Of a DNA stretch of 64,000 nt, positions 24,358-39,334 are shown piece by piece (position 1 is the stretch's first letter; every line of letters begins with the position of its first letter). The stretch is taken from assembly GCA_051362555.1 (NCBI GenBank), contig CM120647.1:6200001-6264000 (forward strand), read 5' to 3'. A model generated the notes under the pieces. That model did not search any database, had not been told where the DNA came from, and saw only the letters and a list, made by a program, of their open reading frames with translations. A program made the position numbers and the translations under genes. This stretch comes from Lingula anatina (lineage: Eukaryota; Animalia; Brachiopoda).

Positions 24358-27300
24358 TAATATTCTTATGGCATACAGCTCTGTTTGGTATGAGCTTACA
24401 GCGGTGATTTAAAAGCATAATTTCGGAAAATTTTGCATCGTCTTGACTACCATTTCTATTATGTATGGCATACCTTAGGTATCATTTAGGGCGAAACAAA
24501 AGATAACTCTTCATTTACTTGACGGTTAAGTCAATTACAGTAATAATACAGTATATTTTAGAGTTTATTTGCAGTTACAGGTGCCCAGAGTAAGAAGAGT
24601 CTGGCGAATGTTGGAGAGTGGGCTTTTTCCAAATCTGTCAATTATCTTACTTCTGGTGGAATTATTTTATGGCATTTATTTCTGTCGATATTTCATGACA
24701 TTTATCTGATTAAATATGATCAAAATATAACGCTTGCCCTCAGATAAGGTCAAAAAGAAGTGGTTCAAATGAAATGTGTTCAAAATCTTCCTCTGTCTCA
24801 GTTTGTATCAGTGATCTTCTGTATTTTGTTTACAATTAAATCAAATATTTGAAGAAACATGAAAAATAAAGTATGGGTCTTCTTAAAATAAGCAATTTTT
24901 TGTGGAATACAACTTAGTTGGCTAAGTCTTGGTAGGCTAAGATTTAAGCTCTGGAACTGACTTCAAATTTTTTTGTGAAATGGGTCCTGGTTGTTAAATA
25001 TTTACCTCAGCCATGATCCCGTCTCTTCTCGTCTCATAGAAATTACATCTCAGCTCAAATTGCAACAAAAATATCTGGACCAAAGTCCGAATGTAAGTTC
25101 AGGGGGTTTATTTATTTTGAGCAGTCTTGTTTTTAGAACCAATTTGTTAGTGAACTGAAGTAGCCTGGTACATATTTCTGTTACTGGGAGGAATTTTGAT
25201 TGAAATTATTCAATTACAGTTGCAATATGCACTTGAGGGTCAGCGAGAAGCGTGCTAGAAAAAAATGTGTAATAGCCTCTTCATGGTAGCTTGTGAAATG
25301 TATGTTTATATTGATTGATTGAATGATTTATATTTTATGACATCAGTTCTCCATTTTTCTCAAACATTTTCATTTTGGTTCTTAATTTTACTTAAAAGTA
25401 CTAGAAAAATGAAATGTTTGGAGATATTTGAATGGAAAATGTTTGACAAAATAATGAAAACTAGAGTGTGTAGGGCTTGCAGCAGATTGACAACCAGCTT
25501 TATGTTTGTGATATAAGGCTTTTCTGTTCTAGATTACCCGCAATTATTCACATAAATTGACTTACTTTTTGCCGTCTGTCGTGGTAACATGACACGATAC
25601 TGCTAGACCTTTAGGTGATATATACAAAACGTAAAATCAGAAAATGTCACAATTTATGAAAATTGCTGTTTGATCAAGATTCATCAATGCTAGTAATAAT
25701 AATAATAATAGCAATAATGATAATAATGACTGTAACTGGTTCTGGCACATTTTATAAAGGCTATTACCAAACACTTATGTGCTTGACAGTAATGACAGAT
25801 GCTTTTTTTATAATAAAGAAAAGAAGACCTTCACATACATCAAACTGCTAGATAGGAGTTGTCTTTATCATGCAAATAAATTGACTCGTTTTTTTTTTTT
25901 TTTCTTCCTACAATAGTGGCATTGTGACAGACAAATCTAAATCTGTTTACGAAATCCTTTCACAATCTGAAAATCTAATCACACCGATCTTGACATTGCT
26001 TTGATGTGTTTTTTTTTTCTTTGACGCACAATTCTGAGAATTTGCCACTTGAGACAGGCTGCCAGTTTCCGCTTACATCTTCTGTTGTGTTTCATTGAAG
26101 CAATTTTTGCCTGAAGGTCAGCAACCGGAAATGTTCATGAATTGAGATATTTATAAATATTATTTTTGTCAAAGTGGTGATTTCATGGCCAAATTTCATT
26201 TTAGAAACTTTCACATTGAAATCAAATTTTATCAGTGTTTGGTAAAGATTGTTCAGGTGTTTCAGCTATAATGATATTACATGAATCTGATAATGTATTT
26301 TATTCTTTGGAAGTAACTGTGAGCAAGGTTTTTAAAGGTGTTTTTAGTTTTAAAAGGATTGAGTGACTTAAGTCATGGCTTCACATCCTAATTAAAATGA
26401 AATAAATCGCATGTTTATTATGTTTTATTATTATTATGTTAAAGGTTTCAGTAAACATGTCTGAATTAGTTTCAATATCTCTTGCTATTTTATGTGATTC
26501 GTTTTGTGTATCAGTATATGTATAGGGAATCTTTTGTATAGAGACCAGAGATCATCAGAGCAAGTTTGATCAGTCGAACCTATAGCTGGATTGCCCGTGC
26601 TGTCTTAGGAAGACCCAAGATCTCTTACCCTGAGAAATAAACCCATAGATCAGTCAGTTTATAGTTGATCTCTAGAAAACATATCGTAGCTGAACGTGTG
26701 TTACCTGTCGCAAATTTTCTTTTGTCTCAAGTATTCAATTTTAAAAATATTCACAGCTATGCTTCAATGTCTGTCGACAGTTTCTTCATTAGGTTTTTCA
26801 ATGAATTACTAGTAACTTCATTTGCGACAGAAATTTTTTGATCTGAGTGGGGTAGTGATTGTGTTAGAGGAGACAGCAGTCACAACCGGCACATTGTGTT
26901 GAGCAAAGAAAATAGGACAACTATCACAATGAGTTTATGAGGACCTATTATTTTATTCTTTCCAAAATCAAATGTTTGATTGTAGTTTGTTTAAAAAGGC
27001 GTGAAAAGCAGTGGTTTTTCACCTAATTGGAAAAATTCAAAGTCTACTCCTCTAAAGGAACAGAAGCCTATATAGAAAAAAAGCTTTCAAGTATCTGCTA
27101 GCAACAGTGTTGAGTTTGCTTGTAAAAGCAAGCAGTCATTGCTTCAGTTGCCAAAATTTAATTTAATTTAACTCATTTCAATTCAGAGGAAACAAGTGAC
27201 ACAAAATAAGATGAGATTTGATATGTTGTTATTGTGTATTTTTCCTTTTTCGAGCATGCTTTTTGAAGTGTTACTAGGTGATCAAGCAATATGTTCACTT

Positions 27301-29375
27301 GTAGGATTTTTGTTTTTTTCTTTAAATTTTGACAGGCTGTCAAATTTTTTGTTTACTGTTTGTTTTTTACTCATTATATATTTATTGAAATGCCTTCCTG
27401 TGGCTACTGTTTATGAAATTAGATGGCAAATTCATTGATTTTGAGTTTAGATTGAGTAAGAGTACAGAAGTGATTTTTCTTCAATCAGCAGCAAATATCA
27501 GAATTGTTGTTTACCTCCCATAATTTGATGTCAGTCTAGAGAATCTCCATTTTCATAAGTCGGTTACTTTTTAAGCTTCAGAGAGCAGATAATTTTACAG
27601 AAAAGAGACGGTTCAAATAACTGCATGTTTCTTAACTGTTTATTGCTGCAGTGTTGGTAAGTCTGTATATGTAAACTGTTTCCATGTGATCAGGTGCCAA
27701 ATTAACTGTGTAGAATTCTCGTTAATTGTGAAACATTAGATGAAGAGAACTCCCATTACAGGGGTACCCAAGGACAATTCTGAAGAGCTGGTTCTTGTTT
27801 TTTTTTTTTTTAGCTAGTAAACAGTTAATCAATCACCTCCCGGTTCTTTTCAGCACTGTCAGATATAATAAGTATAAATTTATACGTTCTAGGAATCCAC
27901 TTATCCATTTATGCTGACGATATTAAATAAATCTTTTTTTTTTTTCATGGTAAATAATTTCTAGGAAAATCTTGCTAATTCTATAAAGCCACTTGGAAAA
28001 ACCATCAAATGGCACAATGAATTTATCACTCCTGTGAATTCACTTCTTCTGCCATTACTCCCAAGGTATCAGATGATCTTTGTTTGTTATTTATTTTTAT
28101 CCGTCCTCCCCTCCCCTCTCCTGTCAACGTATATAATTTCTAGGAAAAATCCTTGTTTCCAGAAAACTAATTTAGCTTGTCATCAAGGGGTCACGCATTT
28201 TTGCCTTGAGTGGATTTCGCTCTTGAGACCTCGGTAAACAGGATCAAAATCCCATTAAACTATTACGTTTCTGGATAACTTCCCCAGGGCTCGAAGAACT
28301 GTAATGTTGACAATTTCATGTGACCCAGTGGAACGGTGGCAATCGGTGACCTTTTGGCAGTTGAGGATCTATAACCTTCTGTGGAATTAGTACTTGACTG
28401 TAGTTTGTAGTGCTGTTCACTTTCTGATCGAGTTCCATGGTCAGGATTTAAAGAAAAAAAAAATTTTGAAAAAAATCTGTCATATCCCCCATTCCAAAAT
28501 TTTTAAAAAATTGAAAAAAAAAGAAAAAAATGAAAAAATGGATGAGACCAATTTAACTCAGTACTTACCTTTTTGCCAACTACGTAATATCTTCCAAGAG
28601 TAATGAAAATAAAAGGTCAGAGCTCACATCAAACTGTTTGGCACAAACACCAGGTTAACCATTTAATTAGCTAAGAACTATATTTAGCTTAAGATCATGC
28701 TGTTTGGGTGAAATAATTTCTTGACATATTTATCAAAAAAACTAAGACAGGTCTACTATAGTTAATGGTTTGTTTTCTTTAAAGCTTCTTGTATCTTAAT
28801 TAAGGAGTGTTCATTGTTTTTATTTTTGTTTTGTGTTTCCATGGCAATAATACAGTTGATCTAATCAACTTTATTTTTATAGGGACTTTTGACTACATAA
28901 ATCATATTCAAACAAATACTGGAATGTCAAATATTATTTTGTGTGTACTAAGTCCTAACTACATATTGCTAATCAGTAGTTTGCAGGTCACCTAAATGCC
29001 ATCCAAACAAATTCAGTCATTTCAGTTATAAAAATAGAAGGAAAATACAAACCAATTTTGTTTACAAGTGTGCATCAGTATGTGATGGTCAACAGCTTCT
29101 GCTAACCCAGATCCAAGCCAATCAAATTTAGCTGCGATGTCGCATTGTTTAAGGTAAAAATAACGACCAAATCATCTGTGCCAAGCAACAGCTTAGTTAT
29201 TGACCCAAAGAGGTGAGGCAAACAAATTCCTGCTTATGAGAAGTAAAATATCCAAATACAAACCAACTGTTGTTGTTGTTGTTGTTTTGGATGCATTGGA
29301 CATCTGCCAGTATCTTTTTTTTTTTTTTGTTTGTTGTCCTCATTATAAAATTTGTCAGGAGTCAGTCTCTCTCTC

Positions 29376-29406
<31 letters not shown>

Positions 29407-30359
29407 TGCTTCTACTTCTCTCTTTCGTCATTCATTCATTTATTCATTCATTTAATTTGGTTCTTCTCTTCATAAATGAAGAGAAAAACATACTTTATAC
29501 AATAGAAAACATTGTTTTGAATGACCCTAATTATAGCAGTCTGTGACGTCCACACATCTGCTGCTAAAGCAGTCCCATGTTTACAACACATCTGCGAAAC
29601 AGACAGTCCTACTACTGATGGGGTTGTTATTGAGGGGGGGGGGGGAGAAATGAGGGAAAAAATTAGTCAATTCAATTCAATTTATTTCTCTACTGGTAAT
29701 TTTACTGAGTAATTTTACTTATTTGTTTTGCAGGTGTATTTGTTTAAATGTTGTTTGCATATTTCTTTCTTTCTTCATTCATTCGTTTCATCATCTCTAC
29801 CATTTGTTTAAAAAAAATCGCTGTAGTTTTAAGAAGTCAAGACATTTATGTCTGTTTGGCATTATTAGTCTCTAATGCATACATCATTGTCGGATCAACT
29901 TACCTCGGTGTCGCGGCTAATTAACTCTGTTATTGTTTACTGGCAGAAAAAGTCCTAGGGAGATAATGGAAAAGACGTGCTTACACTTTAGGCTGGCTTG
30001 TTGATTCTCTGTCTCATTGTTCATTCACATCAGTGGTTTCACATTTCTCACGTTTTGCCAGCTTGATTTATTTTTCTTACGCAACTCGTGTTGATGTTTC
30101 TTTTGTTGATATTTTTCTCTAAAGTTCTAAATAAATGGATTTTTTTGGTTTGCGTTGTCGCCTGTCCGATTCTAATTTATTTCTTTACTGTGGAAATTAA
30201 TCATTTGGCTAAAATGTTCAATAAAATCATTTTGAATAGAGTACTTAGTAACATAGTTTTCAGTGTTACAGTAATGATGTGTTTAGAATTGATCTCCTTG
30301 TGCAGCCATGCTATTCTAAATAAGTCACCGGAGATTTTGATTCTAAATGTAAATGTCAG

Positions 30360-31172
<813 letters not shown>

Positions 31173-33073
31173 AAAAAAATCAACAGTGTGTCTGGATTTT
31201 ATGAATCCAGAATACTTAATATATAAATGCATTTTATAATCTGATAACACGTGTTGTACATGTATGTTTGCATAGGAGCATATGTGCTGATGCAATTCTA
31301 TAAACACACTTGCATACTAGTGCAGATGTAGGCTAATAATATACACTTGTGAATAGGTATGCACAATAGAACTATAGATGAAAGGGCATGCTTATTTTTA
31401 TACACAGGTGAAATGAGAAATATTTGGTTTCTTTCCCAGTTATCTAGCTCGCTAAATATCATGTTATTTACAGATATAAAGTCTCATGCGTCTCTGTTGT
31501 GAAGTAAATGTTGAGTGGATACTAATTTTAGGAACAGACAGTCGCAATTTGTTTCTTAGGGGGAAAAAAAAGAGTTTGACTCTTTCGGTATTAGGTAATG
31601 GTTATTTTCTCTCTCTTTCTCTCTATCTGACATTAGCTGTTAAAGTACATGAGTGAGATTTTTGTATAGTTATTATTTTACTTTTATCTTGTCACAATTG
31701 GTCTTCTACCTTTCAAGGTGAATCCATAGTACTTCACTCAAACAAATGAAACAGTGATTTCAAACATTAGCCATGCTTGTGATAAAACAGGCATGAAGTT
31801 TCATCCATTTTACTTGTATTTTCTTCACAATGTTTATTGTATACCACCTTTTTTATAATTTTTTTCATTTATTTATTATCAATACTGTTTTTAATGTAAT
31901 AAAAACATAGTAATGGTTACAGGGCTTTTAAACGTAAAAATTGGATCTTTAACCATGAAATCTTCATGTACCTAGATAAAAGGGGACCTTTTCCAGGCAG
32001 AAAGGGGGGGGGGGGTTTCATCCGAAAATCTCTCTCCCCCCCCCCCCCAAAATCCCCTTTGGTACGGGCCTGAGTCAAGTTACGTAAGACAAGGGCATAA
32101 ACCTCTGACCAGAGGGCGAGAAAAGGGTGTTTAACCTTCGATAAGTTGCCGCCATGTTTACTCGTAAACATGCCTCTTGAGTGCAAAAAGATTAGGATGA
32201 AAAATGAGGCTTGACGGAAATGCCTTTTGATTATGTATATCTTCAAATATGCATTTTTCTCATGTCAGCTTGACATTTAATATGGCAAACAGAATTTTGT
32301 TTTGTTTTTCAGATGCACGGGTTATGTTCATTTTCCCCAAAGGGATAATTGTAATTATCTAAAATTTTCAAACTCCCCTTTTTTAAAAATAATTTACTTT
32401 TTCATTATTTATCATTCTCACAAACTCGCAACAGTGTACTCATTGTCATTAAGCCAACTGAATTAGTATTTTTAAGTATATTTAACGAAAGTTTTTTTGG
32501 TTGAAGGGGGGGGGGAGAGATAATGAATTCATGTTATTTGAATATATTAAGCAATTACCGTAGTGCAGACTTTTTACTCTAATAGAGACAGGGTTAGATT
32601 TAATGGTACCAATCTCCACCATTCTCCCTCCGTGTTCCCCAGTGAACATGACACTAAGTGCAAAGAAAATGAGGTAGAAAAATGAGTCAGACGGAAATGT
32701 TTTTTCCATTTCGGATTCAAATTGACATTTTGGAAGGGTCATGCAAAATCGCGTTCTAAGCAGAATTAAGTTGGACAGAAAATTGTCCATTTGGCATCAT
32801 CTTTTTTTGTGAAAGAACAAAACAAATATGTAACATTACATTAAAAAACAAAAATAATTTTAGTCCAAACATTGGTCTTCATTTTTAGACTAGTCTGTTA
32901 GGCTTTCTTAACCAGAGATCACTTTTAGACCAAAATATTTACCAATTTCTACCTAAATTAAATCAGAAATAATTAAAGTAAATGAAATGTTGTGCCTGTT
33001 TTATAATTAGAAAGAGATGCTCAATGTTTCTAACAAATACTATTTCTCTGTGTGATTGAATTACAGTGACACA

Positions 33074-33112
<39 letters not shown>

Positions 33113-33299
33113 ATGCGCATGCACGCAGGCACACACATATACACACACATGTTACTTTGAACTGAACAGACGTATCAGATTTTTGATCCAAATGTTTTGA
33201 CTATAATTATCTAGCTTTAGTGCATTAGTGAAAGCAGTTTTTGAACTGCAGGTTACGTAAGACCCGTATTTGGATTTAGAATTGCACAGAATATTATTG

Positions 33300-33431
33300 C
33301 CTGATATATGAATGTTTGTAAGAGTTCCAGTTTAAGTTAGTCTCAGTTTAGAATGCGACCTTGTGTTTCCTATAGGTCAAAAATTACAAGATCAGAAGTA
33401 ATTGCCTACAAGGTATCTGGTGGGAGACTTC

Positions 33432-33476
<45 letters not shown>

Positions 33477-33940
33477 GACAACGCCCTTTGACAGATGGAG
33501 TTATGCAGGGTGCATAAAATAATTATGAGATACAACACATTGCTGCTTTATTGTGTCAAGTAATTTTAGTTGTCTCTTTAGTTCAGGTTTAAGTTAGTTC
33601 CAGTTGAGAATGCGGCCTTGTAATGGATGATTTTACCGAACTCCCATTTTTTGATAAAGAATTGTATATCTGATATGAATGTTTAAGTTAGCTCCAGTTG
33701 AGAATACGGCGCTTGTAGTGGATGATTTTACCAGACCAGCTGCGGGCATGTTTTGGTCAAGCAACTACAAGATCAGGCAGAGATTACCATACCAGCAGAG
33801 ATAGCCAGGGTCAAAATGTTTCCTATAGGTCAGATATTACAAGATCAGGAGTGCTTGCCTTCAAGGTAGCTCCAGCGAGACTTCAAAACAACAAAAATAT
33901 CTGATCAAAAGAACAACAACAAGTACAACAGACATCGCCC
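33300..33940 (+). repeat. Local diverged duplications around an (AAC)n tract
   Basis: ATATGAATGTTT, AAGTTAG..CAGTT.AGAAT(G/A)CG and GTTTCCTATAGGTCA..ATTACAAGATCAG each recur 2-3 times. Confidence 0.65.
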
Positions 33941-34199
33941 TCTATAGAGTAGATGGATTTTTGCAGTTTTTGATAGATTTAACACATTGCTGTACTGTTT
34001 TTTCTTTTCTTCTTTATCTGTCAGCTTTATTTAACAAATTAAAAATTTTGAATTTTGCTCATACTCTTCTTCCTTCTTTTGAATCAACATTTAAAATGTT
34101 ACTCATAAAACATTAGTTTTAAAGTTATTTCGTGAGAGTGAGTTTTTTAATCACTCTTGCACAATTTTATCTGGAAAATATACTGCAGCCAAGAAAGAT

Positions 34200-35801
34200 A
34201 CCAGTTTCCCAGCTGGGTTTTCCTCGCCCAGTAGTCACATGACCTCCAGCCAGTCATTTGACCTCTCAGGAGGTCGGAGGTCACTGTAAACAGCTGGTGG
34301 GCATGTGTGGCTGGCTATAGCATAGTAAACAACTTGGCCTATATAGTAGTGCTTAGAATAGGGGCAAGGTGGGATGGTTCTCGGCTGAAGTCAACAGGAT
34401 CATTACCAAGCCTTATTTTGTGTATGCGGGTTACTACCACTTAGCCATGATCTATGAACGTGAGAGAAAGTGACGTAGTTTGGAAGTTGGGTCACTTACG
34501 TGTTTAAGACAACTTTCTACGTAGTGGGTTACTATAAAGGTGGGACTCCTTGAGAACAAACGGAAGAGTTTATTTTAATAGACTTTGTGTGTTGTTAATC
34601 GTAGGGATTTATGATACACCTGAGAAAAACAAACAAGGACATTAAATGATTTACCGCATTGGAGTTAATCATTGAGTGAAGACCAGTCAGTGAAAGTGAA
34701 ACACAGGTGAAAAAAGCACGAGGCTTTGAGGATGTTAGCGACTTTGTTGGGATATTTCCATTCATTGAGAAGGAGAACGTGAGAGCGTGTTAATGTATAC
34801 TGTGGTTTCAAAGATCCAAGATTAGAGGCACCAAAGGAGGATCTTAAAGCTGTTTTTTATTTAAGGAAATTCATATTTATTCACAGACAGGTACTGAGCA
34901 AGGGTTGGCTTAAAATGTGGTTAAGAACGTTTGTTTGTGCTGTACTCAGATTCAGAAGTTCAAGCTGATTTTAACTAAAGGGTTTCCCAGGTTCATATTC
35001 AAGACAGAAACACAAAGGCAGTCGGGCCCTGTGGGAACTCAACTGGTAGGAAATATCAACATTGATTGGGGATTTTTCCAGTAATTAAGGGATTCTCCTT
35101 GAAGGCAGACATTCTGAGGTCAGAAAAGAAAACATCACGCCACTCGATTTGAACCAAAAAAAAAAAAAAAGGAGCTGAGCAGACGGACAGTGCCATATTG
35201 ATTTTTACTAAGTGGTGGGATTTTTCTCGCCTGGTTACTTTTTTCATCTGTAGACGGATTTAATAGCTCTGCGGTAATTTCACAGTTCCAGTTGTTGTTC
35301 TTATGACTGGGTCAGTAGCAGAAGAGAGGGACTATTCTTAGAACAGTATGTATTCACGTTGTAGAGACTACGGGAAGGCTCTAGAGAAAGGAGGTAAATA
35401 AGTGGAAAAATCGAACGACACAGGGATTAATCAGAAGTGTTTGTTTATAGGAGTGATAGCCAATGTGCATCAGTGATTCAGAGATTTTTGAAGGAGCTTG
35501 AGGATTTGTAGTCATATTTGTGTACTGAAAGGTTTCAGATCACATAAAATAAGGACTACAAGGAACTAGATCAGGGAAGAAAAATAAAAACACTGAAAGA
35601 GGTTGTTGACATTTGTGGGTTTGTTTCACAATTTCTTTCAATGTCTGATGATTTGGGAGAAGTTGCAGACGACAGTTTTAGTGTTGTTGTGTACTGGGTT
35701 TCCAATTTGAAAGCAGGAAAAAACATTTCTATTTCGGCAGACGACATTCTGTCAGCTTCACAACCCTGGCAGGCGAGCACGGATGTCAAAAAGTGAATGA
35801 C
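34200..35801 (+). promoter_or_regulatory. Putative internal promoter and long 5' UTR for the 35802 exon
   Basis: Repeat-free, purine-rich stretch preceded by GTCACATGAC (34234-34243), GTAAACA (34286, 34325), half-CRE TGACG (~34471) and TATAAA (34533-34538). Confidence 0.35.
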
Positions 35802-36009
35802 ATGGGGATATGGAACAGACTCCTGAAAGTTTGGGCCAAAACCAAACGGAAGGGTTCGGTGGAGTTTTTGGACCATAAATTTGTCTTTGACGGACACATC
35901 ACAAAAGGAGCCAAGAAATCTCAGAAAAATTCGCACAAAAATGGACTCCGGAGATCGAAGAGTTGGTCCCCGGGTTTGGCAAAATGGTGGTTGAAAACCG
36001 AACGTACAG
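35802..36009 (+). CDS. Candidate alternative first coding exon of IRS (PH-less isoform), 69 codons + 1 nt
   Basis: gacATGg start; MGIWNRLLKVWAKTKRKGSVEFLDHKFVFDGHITKGAKKSQKNSHKNGLRRSKSWSPGLAKWWLKTERT; ends ACAG|GTAAAT, a phase-1 donor like exon 2. Composition switches abruptly to T-rich/(TA)n intron-like DNA right after the donor. No homology evidence available. Confidence 0.55.
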
Positions 36010-36057
36010 GTAAATTGTTTTTGTTGATGTTGCATGTTTTTTTTAGGTTTTTTTTAG

Positions 36058-36105
<48 letters not shown>

Positions 36106-36366
36106 ACATTTCATTTATAAATAACTAAATTACACCATAAATGCATGTATGTACATGACTGCATACACTGAAGACCAGGATGGACATAGGGAACAATTGA
36201 TTTTATGATTTATACATTACAACATTCTCTTGTTTGTCCCGCACTGTAGTAGTATTTAGATATACTCATATATGTATTCACTACATGTTTAATTTAGTAA
36301 GAGTAGTTCATATAGTAGCTGTTGTAGGCTGGTTGAGCAGAAGTTGTCGAGAGTCAGCTTTGATAG

Positions 36367-36434
<68 letters not shown>

Positions 36435-36492
36435 AAAAAAAAAAAAACAGCAGTTATTTTACCCTGACCGGTTTCATCGCATCTTCAGGGGG

Positions 36493-36550
<58 letters not shown>

Positions 36551-36859
36551 AAAGTGGGGTAGATTCACAGTCTGTGGTAAAAAAACGAAGACGGATCTAT
36601 GATTTTTTTATTGTGTCTGTTTGAAAGGTTGTCACTCCCCTAGGGAATAAAATACATCAACCATAGTTATGTATAGATAACATAACAAGACCGAGAACAA
36701 TTCTTTCTATATTTAGTAGTAGTAGACAGCCTGAAGTCTTTAAAAGGGAGACACAACATCATCTACTAAAAAATAATATAAGTCCGTCCCTTATCTGTTT
36801 AGGGACAAGGATTTGATTTTATTTAAATAGGTTTTTATCAAGTGATCCTTTTGTGTGAC

Positions 36860-37810
36860 CACAAAAGAAAGTGATAAATACAATTATGCATCTGGCCCTA
36901 TAAACGTGAGTGGGCTACACTTATTTGTGAGGATAGCAAATTTTGCGCTTCAAGTAACATCCTTTTTATGTTGAACCTTTCATAAAAAAAGTCAGGAATT
37001 TCATCAGTTTTGGCCTCAAACTAGGTCACAGTTAAGGGTTTGGAGGGTAATGCTAAAAGGACCCCTAAATAAATTGTGTGCAATGGCACAGGGTAGGACT
37101 GTATTGTGTGATAAAATACAAATTATTATATATAATGATATATCTGCCCCTAAACATGAGTGGGCTGTGCTTATCTATGAAGACAGACACAATATGGGCT
37201 TCAAATAACATCCTTTTTTATGTTGAACCTTTTATAAACTAAACGCCTAGTGGCACTTGATAGTACTGTATTCTGTTGTAAAGTACAGTGTTTATTATAT
37301 ATAATAAACACATCCGTCCCTAAATGTGAGTTGCATTTATCGATGAAGACATACAATATGGGCTTCAAATGACATCTTTTTTATGTCGAACCTTTCATAA
37401 AATATTGGGAATTTCATCAGTTGTGGCTTCATAACTAGGTCACAATTGCCACTTTGAAGTACAGTATAACGCTAGAAGGGCTCCTATTATATATACTAGG
37501 CGTGCAGTGGCACATGGTAGTACTGTATTGTGTGATAAAATACAAATTATTATATATAATGATACATCTGCCCCTAAATGTGAGTGGGCCTAATTTTTCT
37601 ATGAAGACGAAACAATATGGGCTTGAAATAACATTCTTTTAATATTGAACCGTTCATGAAAAAAGTCAGGAATTTTGTCCGTTGTGACCTCGTGTTGTAT
37701 AACTAGGTCACGATTGAGGGGTTTGAAGTGTAACGCCAGAAGGAGCCCTAAACAAACAAGGCATGGCATGGTACATGATAGTACTGAATTGTGTGATAAA
37801 AAATACAAAG
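36860..37810 (+). repeat. Diverged satellite-like array, ~250-bp unit x ~4
   Basis: Units anchored by ATC(T/C)G.CCCTA(T)AA..TGAGT at ~36890, 37142, 37312 and 37566, with T(T/C)GAACC.TT.ATA, ACTAGGTCAC and TGTGTGATAAAATACAAA. Confidence 0.8.
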
Positions 37811-39109
37811 GCCAAATATAAATTAAGCATGACATTATTTTAATACTAAACCTGCTTCAGCAGAACTTGGATATAAACGCAACGTTGCATTATTTAAGGT
37901 GTAACGACCAACATCTATTTTATGCATGGTTGACCTAGCTGTCAGTGTTTGAAGAAATATAGACCATGTTTTATGACTGTTGTTGATTCAGTGATGTTTA
38001 TTTTTTGTTTAGATTAGCTATTTTTCTAACCCCCCCACCCCCATTTTTTAAACCGTCTAATGTGGTTTTGTGGAACTTGAGGCGTGAGCACATATGTAGG
38101 AAGTGTGCATATGTTTTATTGCTGCTTATGCACAGGCATGCATATATGCATTGAAATATGCACAGTTTGATTGTATACCTAGATGGTTGGGTTCAATTTT
38201 ACATTTGGTAGTTCTACATCCTTGCAAAAATATATATATATATATTCATTGAAAGTTATAGGTTGAAGAAAATGTCCAGAAAAGTCTTTGATGTTAATTG
38301 ACTTGACAGGAAGGCAAAAATGAACCTCAGTGTTTTTTACTCCATTTTTTTGGTGTAATTTTATTCTTTCTATCTCAGCTGTTATGTTGGCAATTTTTCT
38401 TTGATAAAAATATTGCCTAAGATTTTATATTTTTCGGGGGTATGTCAGTCGTCAGTTACCATTATGTTTGAAAAGCTAAGAAGCAAAAATAGGTCTTTTT
38501 CCATTGTTTGTAAGTGGCGAACTTTACAAAAGCTCAGAGTACGAGACCCCCTGGAGTATTAAAGTACAAGTCCTCGACAATTGTGGGGTTGCTGGTGTGT
38601 AAAATTGTACAAATCAAAACATGTTTTTTGTCTATGATAAGCGAAGCATGTAGAAATAGTGAAGCCAGTCATCGTGATCGAAAAAGGAACCTGAAATTAA
38701 AGTCTCCTTATACTACTAATTAAATTTTAGATAGCCCACTTTATACTGCAAAATAAATTTTAGTCCACTTTTAGTCCACTTTGACCGTAGATAATAAGTC
38801 AGTATCAGGAATTACGTAAGGAATCACGAAGGTAGTGTCGCTGTCAGTGAATGCATGAATGAAAAGATGCAGAATGGACGGGAAGGCCTGGCTAGACGAA
38901 TTAACTCAGGAACTGACCTGGACTCCATACATAGATTTAATCATTTTTGCCCCACTTCACTCTGCAAAAATAATGTAACATTTAGGTCACGCTGATGTCT
39001 AAAATTGCTTGGTTTTGTGTCATTTTGCTTGTGATACTATTATTTAGGTTAGTACCTCCTCCCCTCTACCAGGGCGATAGATTGATTTCTCACAGGATAT
39101 TCACAGATA

Positions 39110-39334
39110 GACCCCATTCCCATAGATTTTAGATCGATCTATCCCTGTGGAGAGTCTCACCAGATTACTGTCAGCTTAGCCAACTTAAGCATCTGTCCCC
39201 CCTACTAAATGCTGAAAGGGGGTAATTAACTGTCGTGCGCGCTTGGCTGACTGCACTTTAGCGTGAACCCCCAGGGAGTTAGGTCGATCTAAATCTAAAT
39301 CTCTGGATCGATCTAAATCTCTGGGAATGCACCC
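39110..39334 (+). mobile_element. Harbinger/Tourist-like MITE, subfamily A copy 2
   Basis: GACCCCATTCCCATAGATTTTAGATCGATCTA ... GATCGATCTAAATCTCTGGGAATGCACCC; colinear with 2775-3000 over its whole length. Confidence 0.8.

Noticed and set aside
35571-36035. 154-aa minus-strand ORF
   Set aside because: Largely the antisense shadow of the + strand candidate exon; non-ATG start and no recognisable domain.
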